A stretch of 64,000 bases of DNA from an uncultured Verrucomicrobiae bacterium (GTDB lineage Bacteria > Verrucomicrobiota > Verrucomicrobiia > Chthoniobacterales > JAATET01), in assembly GCA_963719495.1 (NCBI GenBank), contig CAVRCI010000009.1:143409-207408 (forward strand), read 5' to 3'. The notes below the pieces were generated by a model. The model saw nothing but the letters and a program-made list of their open reading frames with translations, ran no database searches and was not told the origin of the DNA. A program made the position numbers and the translations under genes. The number at the start of each line of letters is the position of its first letter. The stretch's first letter is position 1. Shown piece by piece: positions 50,129-60,092 of the stretch.

Positions 50129-50173
50129 TTCACCACCGATCCACGCCCGGGCAAAGCTGATTTCGAATCTGAC

Positions 50174-50563
50174 CTAGCCCGACAACTCGGACGCCGCGTC
50201 GGCCAGCGCATCCGCCAAATCGTCCAGGTCGAACGGCTTCAACAAATGCCGCCGAAATCCCGATTCACTGCTCCGAGTCCGGTCCGACATCGTCCCAAAA
50301 CCACTCATTGCAATGGCGTAGCGCACGGCCCCGCTTTCAACCTCAACCAACAAATCCCAACCACTCCCGTCGGGCAGCCCGAGATCGGAAATCAAGACAT
50401 CGCAGCCCTCCGCCGCCAGTAATTCCCGCGCGTCGCGCACCGATCCGGCAGCGCGAACCCGATGCCCCAATTGCCGCAAAAACATCACCAAATACTTCCG
50501 AGTATCCGGATGATCCTCGACGACCACAATTTCAAGCGCGCCCTCGCCCTCGGATTCCCGCAT
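50174..50563 (-). CDS. Stand-alone response regulator receiver
   Basis: VVEDH, DVLISDLGLPDGSG, AMSG, LLKP. Confidence 0.9.
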   Translation of the reverse strand: MRESEGEGALEIVVVEDHPDTRKYLVMFLRQLGHRVRAAGSVRDARELLAAEGCDVLISDLGLPDGSGWDLLVEVESGAVRYAIAMSGFGTMSDRTRSSESGFRRHLLKPFDLDDLADALADAASELSG

Positions 50564-50730
50564 CCCCGCCGGGCGGTTCAACCGTGACATCGGCCCATCC
50601 GCTACCACGCCAACCTCCCCCCGCTTGAAACCAACACTCCATCCCACGTCATCCTCCTAATTTCGAATTCGCCACCCTTCCCGGCCCCATCGAAGCCCGG
50701 AATATTGCCCAGAATTTCTCGGCTTCACTC

Positions 50731-50746
50731 TGGCACGAATCCGGCT
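50731..50746 (+). promoter_or_regulatory. Candidate sigma54 (-24/-12) promoter
   Basis: TGGCACGAATCCGGCT has GG-N10-GC spacing with TGGCACG at -24; precedes a nitrogen-scavenging operon. Confidence 0.6.
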
Positions 50747-50750
50747 TTCC

Positions 50751-50778
50751 GTATTACTCGACCACGCCCGAGTATTAC
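50751..50778. promoter_or_regulatory. NikR-type operator
   Basis: GTATTA-N16-TATTAC (10-bp arms, 1 mismatch); same geometry as E. coli GTATGA-N16-TCATAC; 5 nt upstream of the NikR-like gene. Confidence 0.65.
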
Positions 50779-50783
50779 GCCCG

Positions 50784-51239
50784 ATGCCAAATCCACCGCC
50801 CACCACCGACCGCACGCCTGTCCAGCGGATCAGCGTCTCGCTCCCCGAGGCGCTCTTCAACGACCTTGAGCGGCTGGTCGAGGGTCAAGGATTCGACAAC
50901 CGATCCAAGGCCATCGCCCGCATGATCGCCCAGGCTTCCGCCGATTTTCAGGAGGACAAACGCGACCGCGTCATGGCCGGCACGATCACCCTCATCTACG
51001 ACGAGAACCAGGGCCACGTCCTCCAGAAACTCGCCGAGATCGAGCGCACCCACGTTGCCGAAGTCATCAGTTCCCTCCACGTCCAACTCCAGAGCAATCA
51101 CCGGCTCGAGGTCATCCTCATGCAGGGTCCGGCCAAAAAATTGAAGACCATCTCCGACCAACTCATCGGCACCCCCGGCGTCCGCACCGGCAAACTCACC
51201 CTCACCAGCATGATCCTCCCACCCCTCCACGCCGAATGA
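50784..51239 (+). CDS. NikR-like ribbon-helix-helix regulator
   Basis: QRISVSLP...[17 protein letters not shown]...SSLHVQL...LEVI. Confidence 0.88.
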   Translation: MPNPPPTTDRTPVQRISVSLPEALFNDLERLVEGQGFDNRSKAIARMIAQASADFQEDKRDRVMAGTITLIYDENQGHVLQKLAEIERTHVAEVISSLHVQLQSNHRLEVILMQGPAKKLKTISDQLIGTPGVRTGKLTLTSMILPPLHAE

Positions 51240-51946
51240 CCGCTCGACTCACCGAAACCATGCGACCCGGCGCGATGTGGTCCGCCCGCATCCCGCGCCA
51301 CCGCCACGTCCGCCTCACCACCCGCGGCCCCGGCGCGAACGTCTCCGCCCTCCTCTACAACGCCGCCAACCCCCTCGATCGGCTCAACATTCCCGACACC
51401 CTCAAGGCCCTCCACACCGCCAAACTCACCCGCGGCCACGTCCTCATGTCCGACCTCGGCCACGCCCTCGCGTCCATCGTCGAAGACAGCGTCGGCTGGC
51501 ACGATCCGCTCGCCGGCCACAGCGACGCCACCTTCATCGCCGCCCGCTACGGCGGCGAGAGCTATCAGGAATTTCGCAACGACTTCCACCGCAACGCCCG
51601 CGACAACTTCCTGATCGAACTCGGCAAGCACGGCCGCGGCCTCCCCGACCTCGTCGCCAACGTCAATTTTTTCAGCAAGGTCCAGACCGACGACGCGGGC
51701 CAACTGGACTTCATCCCCGACCACGCGCCCGCCGGAGCCACCCTCGTCCTCCGCACCGACGTCGACCTCCTCCTCGTTCTGGCCAACTGCCCGCACCCCA
51801 TGGACGAATCCGAAACCTACCCGAGCCAACCCATCGAAATCGAAATCACAAAAACCGACCCGCCCACCGAAGACGACTTCTGCCGCACGTTCCGCCCCGA
51901 AAACGCCCGCGCCCTCGCCCTCACCGCCCGCCTCCTCGATCTGTGA
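51236..51946 (+). CDS. cgdA: Urea carboxylase-associated protein (DUF1989), probable carboxyguanidine deiminase subunit A
   Basis: [34 protein letters not shown]. Confidence 0.8.
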   Translation: MTARLTETMRPGAMWSARIPRHRHVRLTTRGPGANVSALLYNAANPLDRLNIPDTLKALHTAKLTRGHVLMSDLGHALASIVEDSVGWHDPLAGHSDATFIAARYGGESYQEFRNDFHRNARDNFLIELGKHGRGLPDLVANVNFFSKVQTDDAGQLDFIPDHAPAGATLVLRTDVDLLLVLANCPHPMDESETYPSQPIEIEITKTDPPTEDDFCRTFRPENARALALTARLLDL

Positions 51947-52623
51947 TCAATCCGAAATCCGAAATCCGAAATCCGAAATCCGAGATCCTCTCCGAGATCG
52001 TCCCCGCCGGAGAAGGCTGGCTCCACCCCATCGAAGCCGGCCAAACGCTCCGCATCGTCGACCTCGAAGGCAACCAGGCCGTCGACACACTTTTCTTCAA
52101 CGCCGACGACTTCACCGAGCGCTACAGCGCCCAGGACACCATCCGCGAGCAGCGCGCCATCTACCTCACGACCGGCACCGAGCTCGTCTCCAATCTCGGC
52201 AACGTCATGCTCACGATTACCGACGACACCTGCGGCCGCCACGACACGCTCGGCGGAGCCTGCGCCGCCGAGAGCAATCAAGTCCGCTACGCCCTCGACA
52301 AGGGCCACATGCACAACTGCCGCGACACCTTTCTCCTCCAGATCGCGCAATCCGGCCTCCCGCTCACCAAGCGCGACCTAGCCCACAACATCAACTTCTT
52401 CATGAACGTTCCCGTCACCCCCGAAGGCGGACTCAAATTCGAAGACGGCGTCTCCGAAGCCGGAAAATACGTCGAACTCCGAGCCGAAATGGACGTCCTC
52501 TGCCTCATCTCGAATTGCCCCCAACTCAACAACCCCTGCAACGCCCACAACCCCACCCCCATCCAGGTCACCATCTGGGAAAGAGAGGAAATTGCGGATT
52601 GCGGATTGCGGATTGCGGAATGA
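51943..52623 (+). CDS. cgdB: Urea carboxylase-associated protein (DUF1989), probable carboxyguanidine deiminase subunit B
   Basis: [42 protein letters not shown]; both termini encoded by heptamer arrays. Confidence 0.82.
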   Translation: MINPKSEIRNPKSEILSEIVPAGEGWLHPIEAGQTLRIVDLEGNQAVDTLFFNADDFTERYSAQDTIREQRAIYLTTGTELVSNLGNVMLTITDDTCGRHDTLGGACAAESNQVRYALDKGHMHNCRDTFLLQIAQSGLPLTKRDLAHNINFFMNVPVTPEGGLKFEDGVSEAGKYVELRAEMDVLCLISNCPQLNNPCNAHNPTPIQVTIWEREEIADCGLRIAE

Positions 52624-53007
52624 ATGCGGAAGAGCTCAAGGCGAGGACACGTGCCTTTGCCGTTCGCGTGCTCAAATTTGCCGACGCGGTGCCGTCGACC
52701 CCGAGCGGTCGCGCAGTGGTGAACCAGATCGTCCGAAGCGGCACCTCCGTCGCCGCAAATTATCGCGCCGCCTGCCGAGCCCGCTCGAGAAAAGAGTTCA
52801 TCTCCAAGCTCGGAATCGTCGAGGAAGAAGCCGACGAGACGGCATTCTGGATCGAGCTCGCCATCGAAGCCGGTCTCATTTCCGCAGCGAAAAGCCGCGA
52901 CCTCCTCCAGGAGGCCAGCGAACTCACCGCCATCATGGTCGCGTCGATCCGCTCGGCGCGCAGCGTCGAATGAACAATCCGCAATCCGCAATCCGCAATC
53001 CGCAATT
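52590..53007. mobile_element. Four-helix-bundle cassette with 29-bp perfect inverted heptamer arrays
   Basis: A(ATTGCGG)4 at 52590-52618 and (CCGCAAT)4T at 52979-53007; mobility is inferred. Confidence 0.6.
52620..52973 (+). CDS. Four helix bundle protein (23S rRNA-IVP-like family)
   Basis: [45 protein letters not shown]. Confidence 0.92.
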   Translation: MNAEELKARTRAFAVRVLKFADAVPSTPSGRAVVNQIVRSGTSVAANYRAACRARSRKEFISKLGIVEEEADETAFWIELAIEAGLISAAKSRDLLQEASELTAIMVASIRSARSVE

Positions 53008-56000
53008 CACCAAGATCCTGATCGCCAACCGCGGCGAGATTGCCGTCCGGATCATCCGCACCTGCCAGCGCTTGGGAATCCAGACGGTCGCCGTCCACTC
53101 CGAGCCCGACGCCCACGCCCTCCACGTCCAACTCGCCGACGAAGCCGTCGCCATCGGCCCCGCCGCCGCCTCCGCCAGCTACCTCGACACCCAAAAGATC
53201 CTCTCCGCCGCCCGCGCCACCGGCACCCAGGCCATCCACCCCGGCTACGGCTTCCTCAGCGAAAACGCCGACTTCGCCGAAGCCTGCGCCGCCGCCGACA
53301 TCGCGTTCATCGGCCCGACCCCCGGCCAGCTCCGCAACTTCGGCCTCAAACACACCGCCCGCGAACTCGCCGCCGCCGCCGGCCTCCCCATGCTCCCCGG
53401 CAGCGGCCTCCTCACCACCATCGAGCAAGCCCACGCCGAAGCCGAACGCATCGGCTATCCGGTCATGCTCAAAAGCTCCGCCGGCGGCGGCGGCATCGGC
53501 CTCGCCCGCTGCGACACGCCCGCCGAACTCGACGAACGCTTCCCGTCCGTCGCCCGAGCCGGTCTGGCGAATTTCGGCAACGCCGCCTTCTTCGTCGAAA
53601 AATTCATCGCCACCGCGCGCCACATCGAAGTCCAGATCTTCGGCGACGGCGCGGGCACCGTCATCGCCCTCGGCGAGCGCGATTGCTCCGTCCAACGCCG
53701 CAACCAAAAGGTCATCGAAGAAACCCCCGCCCCCAACATCGCCGACGCCACCCGCTTCGCCCTCCACGCCGCCGCCGTCGCCCTCGGCGAGAGCGTCAAC
53801 TACGCCAGCGCCGGCACCGTCGAATTCGTTTATGACGCCACCACCGCCCAATTCTACTTCCTCGAAGTCAACACCCGCCTCCAGGTCGAGCACGGCATCA
53901 CGGAAGAGGTCACCGGCATCGACCTCGTCGAGTGGATGATCCGCCAAGCCGAAGGCCACTTCCGACTTTCCGACCTTGGACCTTCCGACCTTCCGACGCC
54001 GCAGGCTCACTCCCTCGAGCTCCGCCTCTACGCCGAAAACCCCCACAAAAACCACCAACCCTCCACCGGTCTCCTAACGAAGGTCCACTTCCCAACCGCC
54101 GAAGGCGGAACTCAGGCCCTCGACCCTCGACCCTCGACCCTCGACTCACCCCGCATCGACACCTGGATCGAAACCGGCACCGAAGTCACTCCCCACTACG
54201 ACCCCCTCCTCGCCAAGCTCATCGTCACCGCCCCGACCCGCGAAGAAGCCATCGACCGCGCCCTCGCCGCTCTCGCGGAGACCGAAATCCACGGCATCGA
54301 AACCAACCAGGCCTACCTCGCCACGATCCTCGCGTCCGAGCCGTTCCGAAGAGCCGAAATCACCACCCGCACCCTCGACACCTTCCCCTTCGAGCCGACC
54401 ACCATCGACGTCCTCGCCCCCGGCACCCAGACCAGCGTCCAGGACCTCCCCGGCCGGCTCGGCTACTGGTCCGTCGGCGTCCCCCCGTCCGGCCCGATGG
54501 ACCCCAAATCCTTCCGCCAAGCCAACGAAGCCCTCGGCAACTCACCAGAAGCCGCCGGACTTGAAATCACCCTCTCCGGCCCCACCCTTCGCTTCAACAC
54601 CCCCACCGCCATTTGCCTCACCGGAGCCCACCACCCCGCAACCCTCGACGGCGAAAAGGTCATCTACGGAACCCCCACCCCCGTCGCCGCCAACCAAACC
54701 CTAAAGATCACCACCGCCGAAGGCCCCGGAGCCCGAGCCTACTTGGCCATCGCCGGAGGCTTAGACGTCCCAGACTACCTCGGCAGCAAAAGCACCTTCG
54801 CCCTAGGCGGCTTCGGAGGCCACGCCGGAAGAAACCTCCAAACCGGCGACGTCCTAAGACTCACCACCACCAATCACCAGTCACTAGTCACCAATCACAG
54901 GTCACAGACACCCCCCGCCCCCGAACTCACTCACACCTGGAGCCTGCAAACCCACTACGGCCCCCACGGAGCCCCCGATTTCTTCACCGACGACGACATC
55001 GCCACGATCTTCAGCGCCACCTACGAGGTCCACTACAACAGCAACCGCACCGGCGTCCGCCTCACCGGACCCAAGCCGAAGTGGGCGCGCCGCGACGGCG
55101 GCGAAGCCGGCCTCCATCCGTCGAACATCCACGACAACGCCTACGCCATCGGCGCGCTCGATTTCACCGGCGACCTCCCCATCCTCCTCGGACCCGACGG
55201 CCCCAGCCTCGGCGGCTTCGTCTGCCCCTGCGTCGTCGTCCCGGAGGAACGCTGGAAACTCGGCCAACTCAAAGCCGGCGACAAAGTCCGCTTCATCAGC
55301 GCCAAAGGCGCAACGCATTCCACCATTCACCATTCACCCATCACCAGTCACGTCGCCGCGACCCCAACCCGCCCCGCCCTCACCCTGCGGCAAAGCGGCG
55401 GCGATTACCTCCTCGCCGAATACGGCCCGCTCGTTCTCGACGTCGACCTCCGCGTCCGCGTCCACCTCCTCCACGCCGCCCTCGAGACCGCCGCCCTCCC
55501 CGGCCTCATCGACCTCACCCCCGGCATCCGTTCGCTCCAGATCCACTTCGACCCCGCCATCCTCCCCGAGTCCGAACTCGTCGACACCCTCCTCCGCCTC
55601 GACGCCGACCTCCCCGCCACCGACGACCTCGAAATCCCCTCCCGCATCGTCCACCTCCCCATCTCCTGGGACGACCCCGCCGTCCAGCTCACCATCGAAA
55701 AATACCAGCAAACCGTCCGCGCCGACGCCCCGTGGTGCCCCAGCAACCTCGAATTCATCCGCCGCATCAACGGCCTCGATTCCATCGACGACGTCCGCCG
55801 CATCATCTTCGACGCCAGCTATCTCGTCATGGGCCTCGGCGACGTCTACCTCGGCGCCCCCGTCGCCACCCCACTCGACCCCCGCCACCGCCTCGTCACC
55901 ACCAAATACAATCCCGCCCGCACCTGGACCCCGCCGAATGTGGTGGGGATCGGCGGCGCTTACCTCTGCATCTACGGCATGGAAGGCCCCGGCGGCTACC

Positions 56001-56602
56001 AGCTCTTCGGGCGCACGCTGCAGGTCTGGAATTCCCACCGCACCACGAAAAATTTCGAACCCGGCAAACCCTGGCTCCTCCGCCACTTCGACCAACTCCG
56101 CTTCTTCTCCGTTAGCGAAACCGAACTCACCACCGCCCGCGAAAATTTCCTCCACGGCACCTACGAAATCCGCATCGAACCCACCACCTTCAAGCTCGCG
56201 GACTACCACAAATTCCTCGCCGACATCGCGCCCGAGACCGCCGTCTGGAAGGCCCGCCAGCAAGCCGCCTTCGAGGCCGAGCGCGACCGCTGGGCCGCCG
56301 CCGGTTACGCCCCCGACGACGATTCCAGCACCTCCGAGCCGCCACCCACCGCCGACGACCTCCCACCCGGCGGCCAGCACGTCGACGCCACCGTCGCGGG
56401 CAATCTCTGGAAATTCCTCGTCGCCCCCGGCGAGCAAGTCGCCGCCGATCAACCCGTTGCGATCATCGAGTCGATGAAAACAGAAATCGAAATCTGCAGC
56501 CCCGACGCCGGAATGGTCCGGTCCCTGCTTATCACGGAGGGCCGCCCGGTCACACCCGGCCAGCATCTTGTCGTCCTCACGCCGCCGCACCCGGCAACCT
56601 GA
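52970..56602 (+). CDS. uca: Urea/guanidine carboxylase (biotin-dependent)
   Basis: ILIANRGEIA, HPGYGFLSEN, FLEVNTRLQVEH, HPSNIHDNAY, KYNPART, ESMK biotin site. Confidence 0.95.
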   Translation: MNNPQSAIRNPQFTKILIANRGEIAVRIIRTCQRLGIQTVAVHSEPDAHALHVQLADEAVAIGPAAASASYLDTQKILSAARATGTQAIHPGYGFLSENADFAEACAAADIAFIGPTPGQLRNFGLKHTARELAAAAGLPMLPGSGLLTTIEQAHAEAERIGYPVMLKSSAGGGGIGLARCDTPAELDERFPSVARAGLANFGNAAFFVEKFIATARHIEVQIFGDGAGTVIALGERDCSVQRRNQKVIEETPAPNIADATRFALHAAAVALGESVNYASAGTVEFVYDATTAQFYFLEVNTRLQVEHGITEEVTGIDLVEWMIRQAEGHFRLSDLGPSDLPTPQAHSLELRLYAENPHKNHQPSTGLLTKVHFPTAEGGTQALDPRPSTLDSPRIDTWIETGTEVTPHYDPLLAKLIVTAPTREEAIDRALAALAETEIHGIETNQAYLATILASEPFRRAEITTRTLDTFPFEPTTIDVLAPGTQTSVQDLPGRLGYWSVGVPPSGPMDPKSFRQANEALGNSPEAAGLEITLSGPTLRFNTPTAICLTGAHHPATLDGEKVIYGTPTPVAANQTLKITTAEGPGARAYLAIAGGLDVPDYLGSKSTFALGGFGGHAGRNLQTGDVLRLTTTNHQSLVTNHRSQTPPAPELTHTWSLQTHYGPHGAPDFFTDDDIATIFSATYEVHYNSNRTGVRLTGPKPKWARRDGGEAGLHPSNIHDNAYAIGALDFTGDLPILLGPDGPSLGGFVCPCVVVPEERWKLGQLKAGDKVRFISAKGATHSTIHHSPITSHVAATPTRPALTLRQSGGDYLLAEYGPLVLDVDLRVRVHLLHAALETAALPGLIDLTPGIRSLQIHFDPAILPESELVDTLLRLDADLPATDDLEIPSRIVHLPISWDDPAVQLTIEKYQQTVRADAPWCPSNLEFIRRINGLDSIDDVRRIIFDASYLVMGLGDVYLGAPVATPLDPRHRLVTTKYNPARTWTPPNVVGIGGAYLCIYGMEGPGGYQLFGRTLQVWNSHRTTKNFEPGKPWLLRHFDQLRFFSVSETELTTARENFLHGTYEIRIEPTTFKLADYHKFLADIAPETAVWKARQQAAFEAERDRWAAAGYAPDDDSSTSEPPPTADDLPPGGQHVDATVAGNLWKFLVAPGEQVAADQPVAIIESMKTEIEICSPDAGMVRSLLITEGRPVTPGQHLVVLTPPHPAT

Positions 56603-56609
56603 CCGTTCC

Positions 56610-58382
56610 ATGCCACTCAAGAAACTCCCCCTCGACCTCTCCAATCTGCGCTCCGGCTACCGCACCGGCGACTTCACCCCCGCCGAAGTCGTCCGCGAGA
56701 TCCACCGCCGGATCGCCGCCCGCGGCGAAGACCACGTCTGGATCCACCTCGTCCCCGAGGAAGACGCCGTCGCGGTCGCCACCCGCCTCGCCGACCAGCT
56801 CGACCTCCCGCTGGCCGGCATCCCCTTCGCCGTCAAAGACAACATCGACGTCGCCGGCCTCCCCACCACCGCCGGTTGCCCCGCCTACGCCTACACCCCC
56901 GACCGCACCGCCACCGTCGTCCAACGCCTCCTCGACGCCGGCGCCATCCTGATCGGAAAAACCAATCTCGACCAATTCGCCACCGGCCTCGTCGGCACCC
57001 GCAGCCCCCACGGCGCGCCCGCCAGCGTCTTCGACCCTGATTTCATCTCCGGCGGCTCCAGCGCCGGCTCCGCCGTCGCCGTCGCCGCCGACCTCGTCGC
57101 CTTCTCGCTCGGCACCGACACCGCCGGCTCCGGTCGCGTCCCCGCCGCCTTCAACAACCTCATCGGCCTCAAACCCAGCCGCGGCCTCCTCAGCACCACC
57201 GGCGTCGTCCCCGCCTGCCGCTCCCTCGACTGCGTGAGCATCTTCACCAACTCCGTCTCCGACGCCGAGATCGTCCTCCAGGTCGCCGCCGCTCCCGACG
57301 AATCCGATCCCTACTCCCGCGTCCACGTCCGCCGCCCGCTCTTCGCCCAATCGTTCCGCTTCGGCGTCCCCCCCGCCACCGAACTCGATTTCCACGGCGA
57401 CGACGACTGCGCCCGCCTCTACGCCCAAGCCCTCACCCGGCTCGAACGCCTCGGCGGCACGCGCCTCGAGATCGATTACGCCCCCTTCCGCGAAGCCGCC
57501 GCCCTCCTCTACGAGGGCCCGTGGGTCGCCGAACGCTACGCCGCCGTCGGCGAATTCATCGCCAACCACCGCGACGACTGCGACCCCACCGTCGCGGACA
57601 TCATTCTCAAAGGCGCGACCCTCACCGCCGCCGAAGCCTTCGCGTCCTTCCACCGCCTCGAAGCCCTCAAGCGACGCGCCAGCGAAGTCCTCGACGCCAT
57701 CGATTTCCTCGCCCTTCCCACGACCCCGACCACGTTCAAGATCGCCGAAGTCCAAGCCGACCCCATCGCGCTCAACTCCGTCCTCGGCACCTACACGAAC
57801 TTCGTCAACCTCCTCGACCTCGCCGCGCTCGCCGTCCCGATGGGGTTCCGCGCCGACGGACTCCCCCTCGGCATCAGCTTCATCGGCCCCGCCTGCACCG
57901 ACCCGCAACTCTGCGCCCTCGGCCGCGCCTTCACTGGGGCGTCGGCCCGCAAAACCGAGCTCAACCTCCGCCCCCGCCTCCTCTCCGGAGCCGACCGCGT
58001 GAGCCTCGCCGTCGTCGGCGCCCACCTCTCCGGTTTCCCCCTCAACCACCAGCTCATTGAACGCGGCGCCCACCTCCTCGAGGCCATCGAGACCAGCCCC
58101 GACTACGCCCTCTTCTCCCTCCCCGACTCCGACCCGCCGAAACCCGGTCTCGTCCGCGTCGCCGACAACCGAGGCGTCGCCGTCGAAGTCGAAGTCTGGT
58201 CCATCCCCGTCGAAGAATTCGGCAGCTTCGTCGCCGCCGTCCCCAGCCCCCTGGCCATCGGCACCATCCGCCTAGCCGACGGCCGCCACGTCAAAGGCTT
58301 CCTCTGCGAAGAAGAGTCCACCCACCGAGCCGAACCCATCTCCATCTACGGAGGCTGGCGCCACTACCTCGAAACCCGCTAA
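56610..58382 (+). CDS. atzF: Allophanate hydrolase
   Basis: FAVKDNID, GKTNLDQFATGLVG, GGSSAGS, GTDTAGSGRVPA, C-terminal VVGAHLSG. Confidence 0.93.
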   Translation: MPLKKLPLDLSNLRSGYRTGDFTPAEVVREIHRRIAARGEDHVWIHLVPEEDAVAVATRLADQLDLPLAGIPFAVKDNIDVAGLPTTAGCPAYAYTPDRTATVVQRLLDAGAILIGKTNLDQFATGLVGTRSPHGAPASVFDPDFISGGSSAGSAVAVAADLVAFSLGTDTAGSGRVPAAFNNLIGLKPSRGLLSTTGVVPACRSLDCVSIFTNSVSDAEIVLQVAAAPDESDPYSRVHVRRPLFAQSFRFGVPPATELDFHGDDDCARLYAQALTRLERLGGTRLEIDYAPFREAAALLYEGPWVAERYAAVGEFIANHRDDCDPTVADIILKGATLTAAEAFASFHRLEALKRRASEVLDAIDFLALPTTPTTFKIAEVQADPIALNSVLGTYTNFVNLLDLAALAVPMGFRADGLPLGISFIGPACTDPQLCALGRAFTGASARKTELNLRPRLLSGADRVSLAVVGAHLSGFPLNHQLIERGAHLLEAIETSPDYALFSLPDSDPPKPGLVRVADNRGVAVEVEVWSIPVEEFGSFVAAVPSPLAIGTIRLADGRHVKGFLCEEESTHRAEPISIYGGWRHYLETR

Positions 58383-58550
58383 TTCCGCGCTCACCAATCG
58401 GAAACCGCAGGTTTCCGGGGGACCGCGGGCTTCCAGCCCGCAGTTTCGAGCTTCCAGCTCGAAACCTCCCCCCAACCCGGCGAAGCCGCACTTCCCTCCC
58501 CCCCCAAACGGGAATACTTGCACTCACCCCACCTCCAACGAACGTAGACC

Positions 58551-59144
58551 ATGAAAATCACCCACCTCACCCCGATCACCATCGCGCTAGCGATCACCTC
58601 GATCACCACCCTCACAACCACCACCATGCAAGCAGCCGAAACCAAAAAAGCTGTTCTCGCCGCCGGATGTTTCTGGTGCGTTGAAGCCATCTACGAGCGA
58701 GTCCCCGGCGTCACCGACGTCATTTCGGGCTACGCCGGCGGTCACACCGAAAACCCGACCTACGAATCATCGAACACCGGAAAAACCGGCCACGCCGAAG
58801 CCGTCGAGATCACCTACGACCCCGCCAAGGTCAGCTTCTCAGCCCTCCTCGAAACTTACTTCAAGTCCTTCGACCCCACCGAAGGCCGTGGCGTCGCCCC
58901 TGACTTCGGCAGCCAATACCGCCCCATCGCCTTCTACTCCGACGAAGCCGAAAAAACCGCCATCGACGAAAAGATCGCCGAGCTTCAGCCCAACTACGAC
59001 CAGCCAATCGCCGTCGAAGTCACCCCCCTCGACAAGTTCTGGAAAGCCGAGGACTACCACCAGGACTACGAAGAAAACAACCCGAACAACCCCTACATCC
59101 GCAACGTCAGCATCCCCCGCATGAAAAGAGCCGGCATCGAATAA
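58551..59144 (+). CDS. msrA: Peptide-methionine (S)-S-oxide reductase, exported
   Basis: GCFWCVE, GHAEAV, QYR, AEDYHQDY; signal peptide. Confidence 0.95.
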   Translation: MKITHLTPITIALAITSITTLTTTTMQAAETKKAVLAAGCFWCVEAIYERVPGVTDVISGYAGGHTENPTYESSNTGKTGHAEAVEITYDPAKVSFSALLETYFKSFDPTEGRGVAPDFGSQYRPIAFYSDEAEKTAIDEKIAELQPNYDQPIAVEVTPLDKFWKAEDYHQDYEENNPNNPYIRNVSIPRMKRAGIE

Positions 59145-59235
59145 ACTCAAGGAACGGCGCGCTTCCAGCCGCCGCACCAACCCAACCGCGAAGCGGCAAA
59201 CCACTTCTCATTCCGCATTTCAAATTTCCCATTCA

Positions 59236-59976
59236 TCACCCAAAAACCAACCGCACCGCCGCCACCCCCGCGAACCCGATCAGCATCCACTCGAACACAT
59301 CCTGCCGGATCCACCCCAGCACCCACCGCCCCAGAAATCCCCCCGCGACCACCACCGGACTCAACACGAGCGTCATCCCAAGCGAGTCCCAAGTCACCAA
59401 TCCCATCCCGACGCTCAGCGGCACCTTCGTCACGTTGACGATGGAGAAAAACCAGGCCGCCGTCCCGACGAACGCCAGCTTCGGCAACCCGCACGCCAGC
59501 AGGTAAATCGTCATTACCGGCCCCGCCGCGTTCGCCAGCATCGTGGCCACGCCGCCCACCGCTCCAACCACCCACGCGGCCACCGGATGCCCCACCGCCG
59601 CTTTCGCCAGCGCCGGCGATCGTCGCTGCACGATCAGCACCGCCAGCAACCCCAGCGTCATCCACCCAATCACCCGACCATACCCGCCATCCCCCAGCAT
59701 CGGCATCACCCACCAGCCAACCAGGATCCCGACCACCGCCGGAGGCAGCAGCCGAAATACCATCCCCCACACCACGTGAGCCCGGTAGGCCACGATCGCA
59801 AACAAATCCGCCACGATGAGCAGAGTCAGCACCGCCCCCGTCGACTCCCGAGCCGGCATCACCGAAGCAAAGATCACGATCGCCACCATCCCCAATCCCC
59901 CCAGCCCCGCCTTCGCCATCCCAATGAGAAGCGCCGCAAAGCCAATTAGCACCCATTCCCAACCCACCACCTCCAT
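59236..59976 (-). CDS. Sulfite exporter TauE/SafE family membrane protein
   Basis: GMAKAGLGG, ANAAGP, FVGTAAWFF; about 8 TM helices. Confidence 0.85.
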   Translation of the reverse strand: MEVVGWEWVLIGFAALLIGMAKAGLGGLGMVAIVIFASVMPARESTGAVLTLLIVADLFAIVAYRAHVVWGMVFRLLPPAVVGILVGWWVMPMLGDGGYGRVIGWMTLGLLAVLIVQRRSPALAKAAVGHPVAAWVVGAVGGVATMLANAAGPVMTIYLLACGLPKLAFVGTAAWFFSIVNVTKVPLSVGMGLVTWDSLGMTLVLSPVVVAGGFLGRWVLGWIRQDVFEWMLIGFAGVAAVRLVFG

Positions 59977-60092
59977 CGAGTAACCGGAAACCCCGAAAAC
60001 CGAAAGAAAAGCTATCCAGGTTCATCCGGGTCCATCCTCACCCATCCGTGGTTTGCATTGAGCTCTCCACCCCCCCGTCGTATCGTTCCAGC

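Noticed and set aside
52592..52969. ORF-track N-terminal extension of the carboxylase
   Set aside because: Alternative frame over the four-helix-bundle gene; homology starts after ATG 52970
52620..52973. Four-helix-bundle gene as Avd of a diversity-generating retroelement
   Set aside because: No reverse transcriptase and no TR/VR repeat pair in the window
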